From NCBI GenBank assembly GCA_002898395.1, contig BEHE01000015.1, forward strand, positions 1 through 47,141: a stretch of 47,141 nucleotides of DNA, written 5' to 3'. This document shows positions 9,184 to 17,885 of the stretch, in pieces (within the stretch, counting starts at the first letter, position 1; each line of letters opens with the position of its first letter). The DNA comes from Candidatus Calditenuaceae archaeon HR02 (lineage in GTDB: Archaea > Thermoproteota > Nitrososphaeria_A > Caldarchaeales > Calditenuaceae). The translations under genes were made by a program, and so were the position numbers. The notes under the pieces are model-generated. The model searched no databases. It worked only from the letters and a program-made list of their open reading frames with translations, and was not told the DNA's origin.

Positions 9184-9279
9184 CGGGCCCGGTGGGACTC
9201 GAACCCACGATCTGCGGCTCTCTTCGCCGCAGCTGGTGGCTTAGGAGGCCGCCGCCTTATCCTTCTAGGCCACGGGCCC
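9184..9279 (-). tRNA. tRNA-Arg(CCU) with 22-nt intron at 37/38 (9220..9241)
   Basis: Acceptor GGGCCCG/CGGGCCC, anticodon stem GCGGC/GCCGC, CT-CCT-A loop, T-arm GTGGG-TTCGAGT-CCCAC, BHB-like intron. Confidence 0.95.
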
Positions 9280-9314
9280 ATCAACATGCTGTCTGACGAA
9301 TTTCAAAAACCTTA

Positions 9315-11119
9315 CTATGGGACTGTTATTGATTTGGCGAGGTTTCGCGGCTTGTCTGGATCATGCCCCTTGACTATGGCTGTGTAGTATGCGAGGAGCT
9401 GGAAGGGGATGATATAGGTTGTGGGTGAGAGGAGGGGGTGGATTTTCGGCATCTCTATGTAGTAGTCGGCCAGCTGCTTTAGCTCTTGGTCCAAGGCGTC
9501 TCCCACGACGACCGTGTAGGCGCCTCTAGCCTTCATCTCCATTATACTGCCTATGTTTAGTTTCCGATACTCATCTGGAGGCGCAACGAATATGACTGGG
9601 ATACCGCTCTCTATCACGCTTATGGGGCCGTGCTTGCTCTCGCCTGCTGGATAGGTTATGCAGGGGATGTAGGAGAGCTCCATGAGCTTGAGCCGGCCCT
9701 CGAGGGCCGTGCTATAGGATACTCCGCGGCCGAGGATGAATACAACCTTGCTCTCAGCAAGACGCCTCACAGGCTCATTAACCCGTGTCAGGGCCTCAGA
9801 GACGGCCTGGGGAATTCTACTCAGCCAAGAGTTGAACTCGTCAATCTCGTACTGAGCTATCTTCCCCCGAAGCCTTGCGAGGCGGAGGGCAATCTTGGCC
9901 AGCACGAGTACCTGCGAGGTGAAGGTCTTGGTGGCCGCCACACCTATCTCAGGCCCAGCGTTCTGGAGGACGTAGGCCCTCGAGACCCTCGTTAAAGTGG
10001 AGCCGACGGTATTGGTGATCCCGAGTATCGTGCAGGCTCGCATCCTCGCATATTCTAGCGCGCTGAGCACGTCGGCGGTTTCGCCTGACTGGCTTACAGC
10101 TAGGATGACTGTGTCAACCCCTATAGAGGCTCCATAGTTAGGTATGAACTCTGAGGCTATGACCGGGAGGGTGGGGAGCCGCGCAAGCTGTGAGAAGAGG
10201 TATGAGCCTGTGACACACGCGTTATAAGAGGTCCCCGCACCGAGGAGGAATATCGTACGCCCCCTGTCTAGGAGCTCCGCGAGAAGGTCCACATACTCGG
10301 TCTGTAGTTTGAGAGAGTTCCGAAGGGTCTCAGGCTGCTCGAATATCTCTTTAAGCATGAAGTGTGGATACCCTTGCTTCTCAGCCATCTCTGCGGTGAG
10401 ATCGACTACTTTGACCTGTCTCTCAACAGTCTCGCCCGTATCTATCCGCAGGACGACGTAGCCGCTGGCGGTCAAAACCACCATATCTCCATCATGTAGA
10501 AAAACCATCTCCTTAGTCATGTCAAGAAGTGCGGTGATGTCTGAGGCCAGCATGTTGAAACCCTTCCCAACACCGATGATTAGGGGAGCATCCCTCCTAG
10601 CAGCAAGTATTTTCTCAGGGCTCAGAGAGGAGACCAGCGCGACCGCATAGGACCCCTCAAGCCTTTGGAGAGCCCTCCTGAAGGCCTGCTCTAACTGCTC
10701 CCCCCTTCTCAAATACTCCTCCACTAGATGAGCTATGACTTCGCTGTCAGTCCTAGATGCTAGGGAGTGGTCGAGGTCTAGGAGCTCCTTCTTCAGTGCT
10801 AAGTAGTTTTCAATTACGCCGTTGTGAACTATGGCGATCCTTCCGCTACAGTCTGTATGTGGATGTGCGTTCACTGCTGTGGGGGCGCCATGAGTGGCCC
10901 ATCTCGTGTGGGCTATCCCAACTGTGCCGGGCATGGACTCCAGCTTCAGCCTCGCATTTATCTCATCAATCCTACCTGCATCCTTCCTGACCAAAATTTC
11001 GCCCGCGTAGACCATCGCCACCCCGCCGAGTCGTATCCCCGATACTCAAGCCTCTTCAAAGCCCTCAACAATATGGGTGCGGCCTCCGCCGTGCCAGTAT
11101 AGCCCACTATGCCACACAT
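9315..11119 (-). CDS. glmS: Glutamine--fructose-6-phosphate aminotransferase, frameshifted at 11021..11024 (error or pseudogene)
   Basis: True start ATG at 11119 gives MCGIVG...[13 protein letters not shown]. One G is missing in a G4 run before the 568-aa track ORF ([28 protein letters not shown]). Confidence 0.9.
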
Positions 11120-11236
11120 CAGGTCGCAGCATATGCTTCTCTTATATTTAATCGCGATTATTTCAGAGGAGTAGCTCTCGGCCTCTCTAAAGATTGGAGA
11201 GGCTGGGCAGGTGTAAATTTAAATGTTCCCCCTGGC

Positions 11237-11455
11237 TTGATGCTGACTGGTGTCCTCCTAATGGTTAGGCTGAAGCCACAGCTTTTTGTGAGGCTGGCTG
11301 TTAAGGCGCTCGGAGTGGTAGGCCTCGTCATCTCGTTGCAGATGATCCAGGCTCTCTCCTCCCTCGAGATGGGTATAATGACTGTCTTCCCATACGTAGC
11401 CATCATAGCGTTCGCCGCCCTCTTAGTCGCCAGTATCCTTGCAATTCTCGCCTAA
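11237..11455 (+). CDS. Small membrane protein (2 TM), hypothetical
   Basis: Hydrophobic 72-aa ORF after a TTTAAA box, ending 16 nt before thrC. Confidence 0.6.
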   Translation: MMLTGVLLMVRLKPQLFVRLAVKALGVVGLVISLQMIQALSSLEMGIMTVFPYVAIIAFAALLVASILAILA

Positions 11456-11471
11456 GCCATAGGTTGAGACG

Positions 11472-12689
11472 GTGCGTCCTCAAGAGTATATGCTTGCATG
11501 TATATCGTGCGGCGAGACCTATCCCTACAACGAGATAGAATACAAGTGTCGGAGGTGCGGCGATCTTCTAGAGGCGAGGATTGAGGGCGGAGAGGTTTTC
11601 AGGCCGGACAGCCTCCAAGGCCGCGTACATAGCATTTGGCGGTATAGGGAGCTACTCCCCGGCTTTTTCACAAGGATAGTAAGTCTCGGAGAGGGGTACA
11701 CTAGGCTTCTCAGGGCTGAGAGGCTTGCAGAGTTGATTGGCGTCCGGGAGCTGTATGTCAAGTTGGAGGGACTAAACCCGACGGGTAGCTTCAAAGACCG
11801 GGGCATGAGTGTGGGCGTCTCGATGGCCTGCACCCTAGGGGCTAGGAGCGTGGTCTGTGCCTCAACCGGCAACACCTCAGCCTCCCTAGCCGCCTACGCA
11901 GCCAGAGCTGGGCTTGAGTGCAGGGTCTACGTGCCTGAGGGAAAGATAGCTTTGGGGAAGCTCTTCCAGGCAAGGATGTTTGGGGCCAAAATCCACCAAG
12001 TCGCGGGAAGCTTCGACGACGCTTTGAAGATAGTAATGGAGAGGAGCGGCAGCGAGTCCTACATATTAAACTCGGTGAACCCTTGGAGGATTGAGGGGCA
12101 GAAGACAGCAGCCTTCGAGCTCTGGGAGCAGATGGGCGGGAAGACCGACTATGTGGTCGTGCTGCCGGTAGGAAATTCTGGAAACATTTCCGCCTACTGG
12201 AAAGGATTCCGAGAACTCCTTGACCACGGACTCATCGACACGGCACCCAGGCTGGTGGGCGTGCAGGCCGCGGGGGCCTCACCCATCGTCGAAGTGGTGA
12301 GTAAGGGCTTGGACAGGCTCCCCGATTGGCCTAACCCCGAGACAATAGCAACAGCCATCAGGATAGGCAGGCCGATAAACTGGAAAAAGGGTGTCCGCGC
12401 TATCAAGGAGTCGGGTGGAACGGCTGTCAGGGTAAGCGACGAGGAGATCCTCCAAGCCTTGAGGCTTCTAGCAACAACCGAGGGGATAGCAACCGAGCCC
12501 GCAGGTGCCTCGCCAATCGCCGGGGTGAAGAAGCTGGTGGAGGAGGGATGGCTCGGCAGAGACGACAAGGTAATCTGCATAGCCACGGGAAATATGCTCA
12601 AAGACACCAGCGAGACACTCGTCGCGTGGAACCAGCCACAGAGACACGAACTATCCACTACCCCTACGAGGACGAGATCGATAGGATAA
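11472..12689 (+). CDS. thrC: Threonine synthase
   Basis: N-terminal Zn ribbon, NPTGSFKDRG (PLP lysine), ASTGNTS, PVGNSGN and TGNMLKD motifs. Confidence 0.93.
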   Translation: MRPQEYMLACISCGETYPYNEIEYKCRRCGDLLEARIEGGEVFRPDSLQGRVHSIWRYRELLPGFFTRIVSLGEGYTRLLRAERLAELIGVRELYVKLEGLNPTGSFKDRGMSVGVSMACTLGARSVVCASTGNTSASLAAYAARAGLECRVYVPEGKIALGKLFQARMFGAKIHQVAGSFDDALKIVMERSGSESYILNSVNPWRIEGQKTAAFELWEQMGGKTDYVVVLPVGNSGNISAYWKGFRELLDHGLIDTAPRLVGVQAAGASPIVEVVSKGLDRLPDWPNPETIATAIRIGRPINWKKGVRAIKESGGTAVRVSDEEILQALRLLATTEGIATEPAGASPIAGVKKLVEEGWLGRDDKVICIATGNMLKDTSETLVAWNQPQRHELSTTPTRTRSIG

Positions 12690-12747
12690 TATAGGATAAT
12701 AATAAGAAGTTACATATACGGCCAACCCACGAGAATTTGAGGAGAGT

Positions 12748-12819
12748 GGGCCGGTAGATCAGTGGCAGATCGCCCGGTTCGCGCCCGGGAGGCCGCGGGT
12801 TCGAATCCCGCCCGGTCCA
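12748..12819 (+). tRNA. tRNA-Ala(CGC)
   Basis: Acceptor GGGCCGG/CCGGTCC with G3:U70, anticodon arm CCCGG-TTCGCGC-CCGGG, TTCGAAT T-loop, discriminator A. Confidence 0.96.
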
Positions 12820-12931
12820 ACATTATAATCATTCTAACTGAGGTAAGTATGAGAGGGAGGGAAGGGGGCGGGTTTTCGTTGATGTTGCTTTTCTGGGGTT
12901 CATTTTTAAATATCGGATGTGAGTGGTCTGA

Positions 12932-14386
12932 TTGGGAGGATTTATTGCCAGGGAGTCCGAGAAGTTTGAGAGGTTCAGTGAGTGGTTTGATAACGTCCTC
13001 CTGACGGCGCGGATAGCTGACAACAGGTATCCTGTGAAGGGGTTTATCGTCTATTTAGAGAATGGCTGGTTCGTCATCGAGAGGATTAGGAGGAGGCTTG
13101 AGGAGCTCCTCGAGGAGGATGGCCACCTGCCCATGTACTACCCCATAGTAGCGACACTGGAGAATTTCTCGCGCGAGGCTGAGCATATCAAGGGGTTCAT
13201 GGGCGAGGTTTTCGCAGTAAGCAAGCTCCGGACGGGTGATAATGAGGCTCAGCAGGAAGCCTCACTAATACTTAGACCCACCTCAGAGACCATTATGTAT
13301 CCAATGTTCGCCCTCTGGATAAGCAACCACTCAGACCTTCCACTAAAGGTCCACCAGAGTTGCGCGGTGTACCGCTACGAGACAAAAGCTACGAGGGCGC
13401 TCTACAGGGTCAGGGAGATCCCCTGGAATGAGGCCCACACAGCCCATGCCTCTAGAGAGGAGGCGGAGGAGCAGGTGAAGAAGGCCGTTGAGATTTATAG
13501 AAAGGTGTTGGACGAGCTGGGGATAGCCTACCTCACCCTTCGGAGACCCGACTTCGACAAGTTCGCTGGCGCCGAATACTCTATCGCCTTTGACGCGTGG
13601 AACCCTGACGGAAAGGTCAACCAGGTGGCGACAGTCCACAATCTTGGGACAAACTTCTCCCGGGTCTTCGGAATAGTCTTTGAGAAGAGGGAGGGGGGTA
13701 AGGACTATGCATGGCAGCTCTGCTACGGCTTCGGCTACAGCAGGGTGCTCGCAGCCGTCATCGCACAGCATGGAGACGACCTCGGCCCAATCTTCCCACC
13801 CTGGGTGGCGCCAATCCAGATCATAGTCGTCCCCATACCGTATAAGGATAGAGAGGCCGAGGTATATGGATACGCGAGGGAAGTATATGAACTTCTAAGG
13901 CCGAGTTATAGGGTGAGGCTTGACGACCGCGAAGACGCCACTCCGGGGGAGAAGTACTATTATTGGGAGAGAAGGGGTGTGCCGCTAAGGGTTGAGGTGG
14001 GCCCGAGGGATGTAGAGAAGCGGGCCGTGGTGTTGGCGAGGCGGGACACCGGCGAGAAGTTTAGTGTGCCTATTGAGAGGCTTAGAGAAGAGGTGGGGAG
14101 GGTGCTTGAAGACATAGCCCGGAACCTCTCTGAGCGCTCAAGGAGAAGGCTCTCGGAGCATATAGTAGATACCCCCAGCCTCGAGGAGGGCGCTAGGAGT
14201 ATTGAGCTCGGCAAGATATGCAGGGTTAGCTGGTGTGGAAGAGAAGAATGCGCCCTCTCCCTCAAGACCTCATTAGGCGCCGAGGTGCGGGGGTACCGCT
14301 ATGACGTCGAGGAGAAGACCGATAGGCCCTGCATTGTCTGCGGCTCAGCTGGCAAGACCTACCTCTACGTCTCGAGGGCCTACTGA
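12932..14386 (+). CDS. proS: Proline--tRNA ligase (archaeal/eukaryotic type)
   Basis: LRPTSETIMY, YRYETK, KFAGA and HNLGTNFS motifs, anticodon-binding domain, C-terminal Zn module ending RAY. Confidence 0.96.
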   Translation: MGGFIARESEKFERFSEWFDNVLLTARIADNRYPVKGFIVYLENGWFVIERIRRRLEELLEEDGHLPMYYPIVATLENFSREAEHIKGFMGEVFAVSKLRTGDNEAQQEASLILRPTSETIMYPMFALWISNHSDLPLKVHQSCAVYRYETKATRALYRVREIPWNEAHTAHASREEAEEQVKKAVEIYRKVLDELGIAYLTLRRPDFDKFAGAEYSIAFDAWNPDGKVNQVATVHNLGTNFSRVFGIVFEKREGGKDYAWQLCYGFGYSRVLAAVIAQHGDDLGPIFPPWVAPIQIIVVPIPYKDREAEVYGYAREVYELLRPSYRVRLDDREDATPGEKYYYWERRGVPLRVEVGPRDVEKRAVVLARRDTGEKFSVPIERLREEVGRVLEDIARNLSERSRRRLSEHIVDTPSLEEGARSIELGKICRVSWCGREECALSLKTSLGAEVRGYRYDVEEKTDRPCIVCGSAGKTYLYVSRAY

Positions 14387-14399
14387 AATGGGGTGTATG

Positions 14400-15179
14400 C
14401 TATGTCAGCTCGCCTTGGCTGACCTCGATCAGACCCTTCTCCTCCAGCCTCCTCAGAGCCTCCTCCACCTCCTCCTCAGGTATCCCCAGGGCGCGGGAGC
14501 ACGTCTCAATCTCAAGCACGGAACCCTCTGGGAGGGAGGAGATGTAGTTGTAGATCATGCGTTCTTTGGACGTGAGTGTGGGGACCTCCGGGAAACTCTC
14601 CGCCATCTTCTGGGTGATAATGGCCCTAGCCTCGTCAAGTATCCTCATAGCCTCGTCGGATAGCTCTTCCCGCTCAGCCTCCTGAGAGGGAAGGCTTATA
14701 GACATGCCCGAGCCGGCTATCAAACTATCTATCGCACCGCTCAGGCTGTCTAGGCTCTCCGCGGCCTCAGGAACAACGTTTACAATCTCCAACCTGACGC
14801 GCTCCAGAAGCCCCTTCAATACGGGCGCCAGTCCTATGATCTCCCGGAGCTCCAGCAGACTCTCCATCCTGACCCTAACCTGCTCGAGGACCAGGAGAGA
14901 CTGGAGGACGATCCTTGCTATCCTACGGAGCTCAGCTATCTCACCGGCATAGATGGCCGCATACCCCTCGTCGCCCATCTGGAGGGCCTGAATGCACCGC
15001 TCAAAGTATTCTCTCCCCCGCGCCTCCAGCCCCGCATATTTATTCTTCAGACGGTTAATCTGGGTGTTGAGCATCATAAGGGCTGACGAGAGCCTTGAGC
15101 TATAGGAATCCGGCCCCTCTCTTACGTTGCGCCCCCTCCCCAGAGCCCTAGCACGAATATACTCGACAATCCTTGCCAT
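14400..15179 (-). CDS. cdvB: ESCRT-III protein CdvB with C-terminal winged helix
   Basis: Snf7 core (FERCIQA..AAIYAGEIAELRR..LEQVRVRMES..VPEA), EAMRILDEA, MIM2-like FPEVP, and a wH tail (IYNYI..EVEEALRRLEEKGLI). Confidence 0.85.
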   Translation of the reverse strand: MARIVEYIRARALGRGRNVREGPDSYSSRLSSALMMLNTQINRLKNKYAGLEARGREYFERCIQALQMGDEGYAAIYAGEIAELRRIARIVLQSLLVLEQVRVRMESLLELREIIGLAPVLKGLLERVRLEIVNVVPEAAESLDSLSGAIDSLIAGSGMSISLPSQEAEREELSDEAMRILDEARAIITQKMAESFPEVPTLTSKERMIYNYISSLPEGSVLEIETCSRALGIPEEEVEEALRRLEEKGLIEVSQGELT

Positions 15180-15337
15180 CGTTCAGAGGCCCTGCCGCCC
15201 CTCTCCATAGATAAATGATGAAGATGGGGGGGTCATGGGGCCATTATCCCGTATTACTCGATAAATATCAGGGGAGTCCCTAAGGCATGCCCGGTGGCTG
15301 TGAATGGATAAATATGAGGGGCTGGTATTAGAGGGGC

Positions 15338-15517
15338 GTGTCAGGCTCGCGGAGGCGTAGGAGGGAGGCGCCCCTGCCGGCCACAGGGGCTGGGCTGCTA
15401 AGGTTCTTTGAGGAAGAGACCAAGGGTATTAAGCTCAAGCCCCAGATAATCCTCTTAGCCGGCGGCCTCTTGATAGCCATGGTGCTATTGTTCAGAATCC
15501 TCTTCCCCACACTCTAA
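15338..15517 (+). CDS. secG: Preprotein translocase subunit Sec61beta/SecG; absent from ORF track
   Basis: Manual translation from GTG: MSGSRRRRREAPLPATGAGLLRFFEEETKGIKLKPQIILLAGGLLIAMVLLFRILFPTL (59 aa), with the AGLLRFF..E..IK..P signature and one TM helix. Confidence 0.92.
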   Translation: MSGSRRRRREAPLPATGAGLLRFFEEETKGIKLKPQIILLAGGLLIAMVLLFRILFPTL

Positions 15518-15575
15518 AACCAGAAGATAATGAGAAAAAAAGTAGGAGGTATACGTAGTATCGGCAGGGCCGCGT

Positions 15576-15725
15576 CTACTGGCCCTGTTGTGGCTGTGCA
15601 GGTGCCTCCGTGGGAGCTGGTTTTTCAGCAGGCTTCTTGGCCGCAGCCTTCTTCCGTTTTGCGCGCGCTGCCTTCTTTCCACCCTTCTTAGCCTTGGCCG
15701 ACCTTCTAGCTTTTCGCGCCGGCAT
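15576..15725 (-). CDS. Small Lys/Ala/Arg-rich basic protein (histone H1-tail-like); absent from ORF track
   Basis: MPARKARRSAKAKKGGKKAARAKRKKAAAKKPAEKPAPTEAPAQPQQGQ (49 aa), ATG to TAG. AT-rich TTATAT promoter-like region upstream and a T-rich tract downstream on the coding strand. Confidence 0.72.
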   Translation of the reverse strand: MPARKARRSAKAKKGGKKAARAKRKKAAAKKPAEKPAPTEAPAQPQQGQ

Positions 15726-15789
15726 ACCACACACGCAAAATATAGTGAGATTATCAATAATATAAGAATTTTGCTATCACGGTCATGGT

Positions 15790-16410
15790 ATGAAGGATTT
15801 ATACCGCCACGGCCATCATGTAGTTGTGTTGTCGAGGTTTTCGGTGGTTGTCTTAGCAGCAGGTGGGTCAAGGAGAATGGGGTCGAACAAGCTACTGAAA
15901 ACCCTCTCAGGTAAGCCGCTAGTTTCGTGGAGTGTGGAGGCGGCGCTTTCCTCGGGCTGTGCCGAGGTGGTCGTGGTGGTTGGACATGAGGCTGAGAGGG
16001 TTAAAGGGGCTCTTCCCCCTGGGGTCAGGCCTGTAGTTAACAAGGAGTGGGGGGCGGGTATTTCAAGCAGTATTAAGAGAGGTGTGCAGGAGATCTCCCA
16101 GGACTCAGAGGCGGTTGTCATAATGGTTGCCGACCAACCCCTCGTCCATCCCGCCATCCCCGCACTCCTAGCCAGCCTAGTGCTTCAGGGAGGACATCCC
16201 CTATCCTGCGCCTCCGTGAAGGGTGAGCCGCGAAACCCCGCCGCCTTTCACAGGAGCCTCTACAATGAGCTGCTTGGACTTGAGGGTGATAGGGGTGCAA
16301 AGAGCGTGATTTTCCGGCATCTCCCCGAGGCCGCACTTCTTGAAGTGCCCGAAGATATGCTAATGGACGTGGACACGCTCGAGGATTTGGAGAGGCTGAC
16401 AAAACCCTAA
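15790..16410 (+). CDS. mocA: Molybdenum cofactor cytidylyltransferase (MocA-like NTP transferase)
   Basis: LAAGGSRRMGSNKL, GISSSI, ADQP, GDRGAK and DVDT motifs; the real start is probably slightly downstream. Confidence 0.82.
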   Translation: MKDLYRHGHHVVVLSRFSVVVLAAGGSRRMGSNKLLKTLSGKPLVSWSVEAALSSGCAEVVVVVGHEAERVKGALPPGVRPVVNKEWGAGISSSIKRGVQEISQDSEAVVIMVADQPLVHPAIPALLASLVLQGGHPLSCASVKGEPRNPAAFHRSLYNELLGLEGDRGAKSVIFRHLPEAALLEVPEDMLMDVDTLEDLERLTKP

Positions 16411-16451
16411 ACCCCACTAGGTAAATTGATTTATCCTTTGTTGGGCTTGGA

Positions 16452-17237
16452 TTGGGGAGAGGCTGGGCGGTCGTGGGCAGGCTTGATGGGCTCGTAGCAT
16501 TGGTAACCGGTTCGAGCAGGGGTATTGGGAGAGGCATCGCTGTGGAGATGGCGAAGGAGGGAGCCAAGCTAGTAATACACGCAACACGAAGAGAGGGTTT
16601 GAAGGAGACTGCGCAGATACTCACCGAGCTTGGCGTCGACTTTGTAGAGCTAGCCGCAGATCTATCCCAAGTAAGTGCCTGTGAGAGGGTGGTTGACGAG
16701 ACGGTTGAGCGGATGGGCAGGATCGACATACTGGTAAACAACGCGGGGGTTAACGTTGCTAAGCCAGCATCAGAGCTAAGCCTTGACGAGTGGGACTGGG
16801 TGTTGGCAGTGAACCTTAAGGCGCCCTTCATATGCTCAAGGCATGCCGCCAAGTATATGTCAACCCGGAAGTGGGGCAGGATCATCAACATAGCCTCGGT
16901 AACGTCTTTTATGGGGATTGGTGGTAGAGCGGCCTATGCCTCCTCTAAGGCTGGTATACTGGGTCTGACCCGCACATTGGCGCTCGAGTTGGCTGCACAC
17001 GGGGTCACGGTTAACGCGATCGCGCCGGGCTTCATAGCGACCGACATGGTTAGGCGGCGGATAGAGGAGGGAACGCTCGATCTCGAGAGATTACTCAAGA
17101 GGATACCCTTAGGCAGGCTCGGAACCCCTGAGGAGGTGGGTAGGCTGGCGGCATTCTTGGCAAGCCCCGAGGCCTCCTACATCACTGGCCAAGTCTTCGT
17201 GATTGATGGGGGCTTTTTAGCCAACGCCACGCCTTAA
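16452..17237 (+). CDS. Short-chain dehydrogenase/reductase (FabG-like)
   Basis: [17 protein letters not shown] and NAIAPG motifs. Confidence 0.92.
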   Translation: MGRGWAVVGRLDGLVALVTGSSRGIGRGIAVEMAKEGAKLVIHATRREGLKETAQILTELGVDFVELAADLSQVSACERVVDETVERMGRIDILVNNAGVNVAKPASELSLDEWDWVLAVNLKAPFICSRHAAKYMSTRKWGRIINIASVTSFMGIGGRAAYASSKAGILGLTRTLALELAAHGVTVNAIAPGFIATDMVRRRIEEGTLDLERLLKRIPLGRLGTPEEVGRLAAFLASPEASYITGQVFVIDGGFLANATP

Positions 17238-17276
17238 AAAGCTCTAATACGTTATATAGGGGATTAGCCGTTCTGG

Positions 17277-17882
17277 TTGAGGATGCCTAAAAAAGGTAGG
17301 AAGGGGGCGAGTGTCAGAGGAGGACGTCTCAGGTTCTCACACATAGTCGCCCTTATCCCCGCAGTTGTCTTCATAGGACTTATCGTGTTTCTATTTTTAC
17401 AACCAGCCGCTCAGCCGCCCATCACCAAGATAACCTCATCAAATGAGGGAGGGGAGGCGCCAGACTTCGTATTAAGGAGGATCACCCCCAACGGCCTGAG
17501 CGATGAGACATTTATCCTATCGTCTACTAGGGGGAGGGTGGTCTTCCTAGACTTTGCATGGTGGCGGTGCCCGCACTGTAACAACATGGAACCGGTGATC
17601 AGGGACCTCTACTCGGAGTTTAGCAGTCGTGGAGTCGTCTTCGTTACCGTGTTGCTCGATGACAGGCAGAGCAGTATCTCTGATAGCGCCCGATTCGTCG
17701 CCCAGCATGAGATTCCTTGGACTGCTCTCTGGGACGAGGGAGGGAGAGTCTTTGACCGGTACGGTGTAACGGGGACCCCAACCTATGTCATAATAAACGA
17801 GGAGGGTAGGATTGTCAGGGTCTTGACCGGTGAGCAGCCGAAGCAGGTTCTCGCAGACATTTTGAGCTCGGTTCTAAGGTGA
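17277..17882 (+). CDS. Membrane-anchored TlpA-like thiol:disulfide oxidoreductase
   Basis: N-terminal TM helix, APDF, WRCPHC active site, GTPT cis-Pro loop. Confidence 0.88.
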   Translation: MRMPKKGRKGASVRGGRLRFSHIVALIPAVVFIGLIVFLFLQPAAQPPITKITSSNEGGEAPDFVLRRITPNGLSDETFILSSTRGRVVFLDFAWWRCPHCNNMEPVIRDLYSEFSSRGVVFVTVLLDDRQSSISDSARFVAQHEIPWTALWDEGGRVFDRYGVTGTPTYVIINEEGRIVRVLTGEQPKQVLADILSSVLR

Positions 17883-17885
17883 TAG

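Noticed and set aside
12681-12703. ATAGGATAAT tandem duplication upstream of tRNA-Ala
   Set aside because: Only two short copies in an AT-rich promoter region; not a CRISPR or meaningful array.
12762-13004. 80-aa ORF starting inside tRNA-Ala
   Set aside because: Overlaps the tRNA and proS out of frame; spurious.
15215-15265. Possible C/D box sRNA starting at ATGATGA
   Set aside because: No properly placed CTGA D or D' boxes.
15328-15914. Track ORFs 15328..15510, 15485..15871 and 15588..15914
   Set aside because: Shadows or alternate frames of secG and the 49-aa basic protein.
16118-16891. 257-aa minus-strand ORF
   Set aside because: Typical antisense open frame of an SDR gene.
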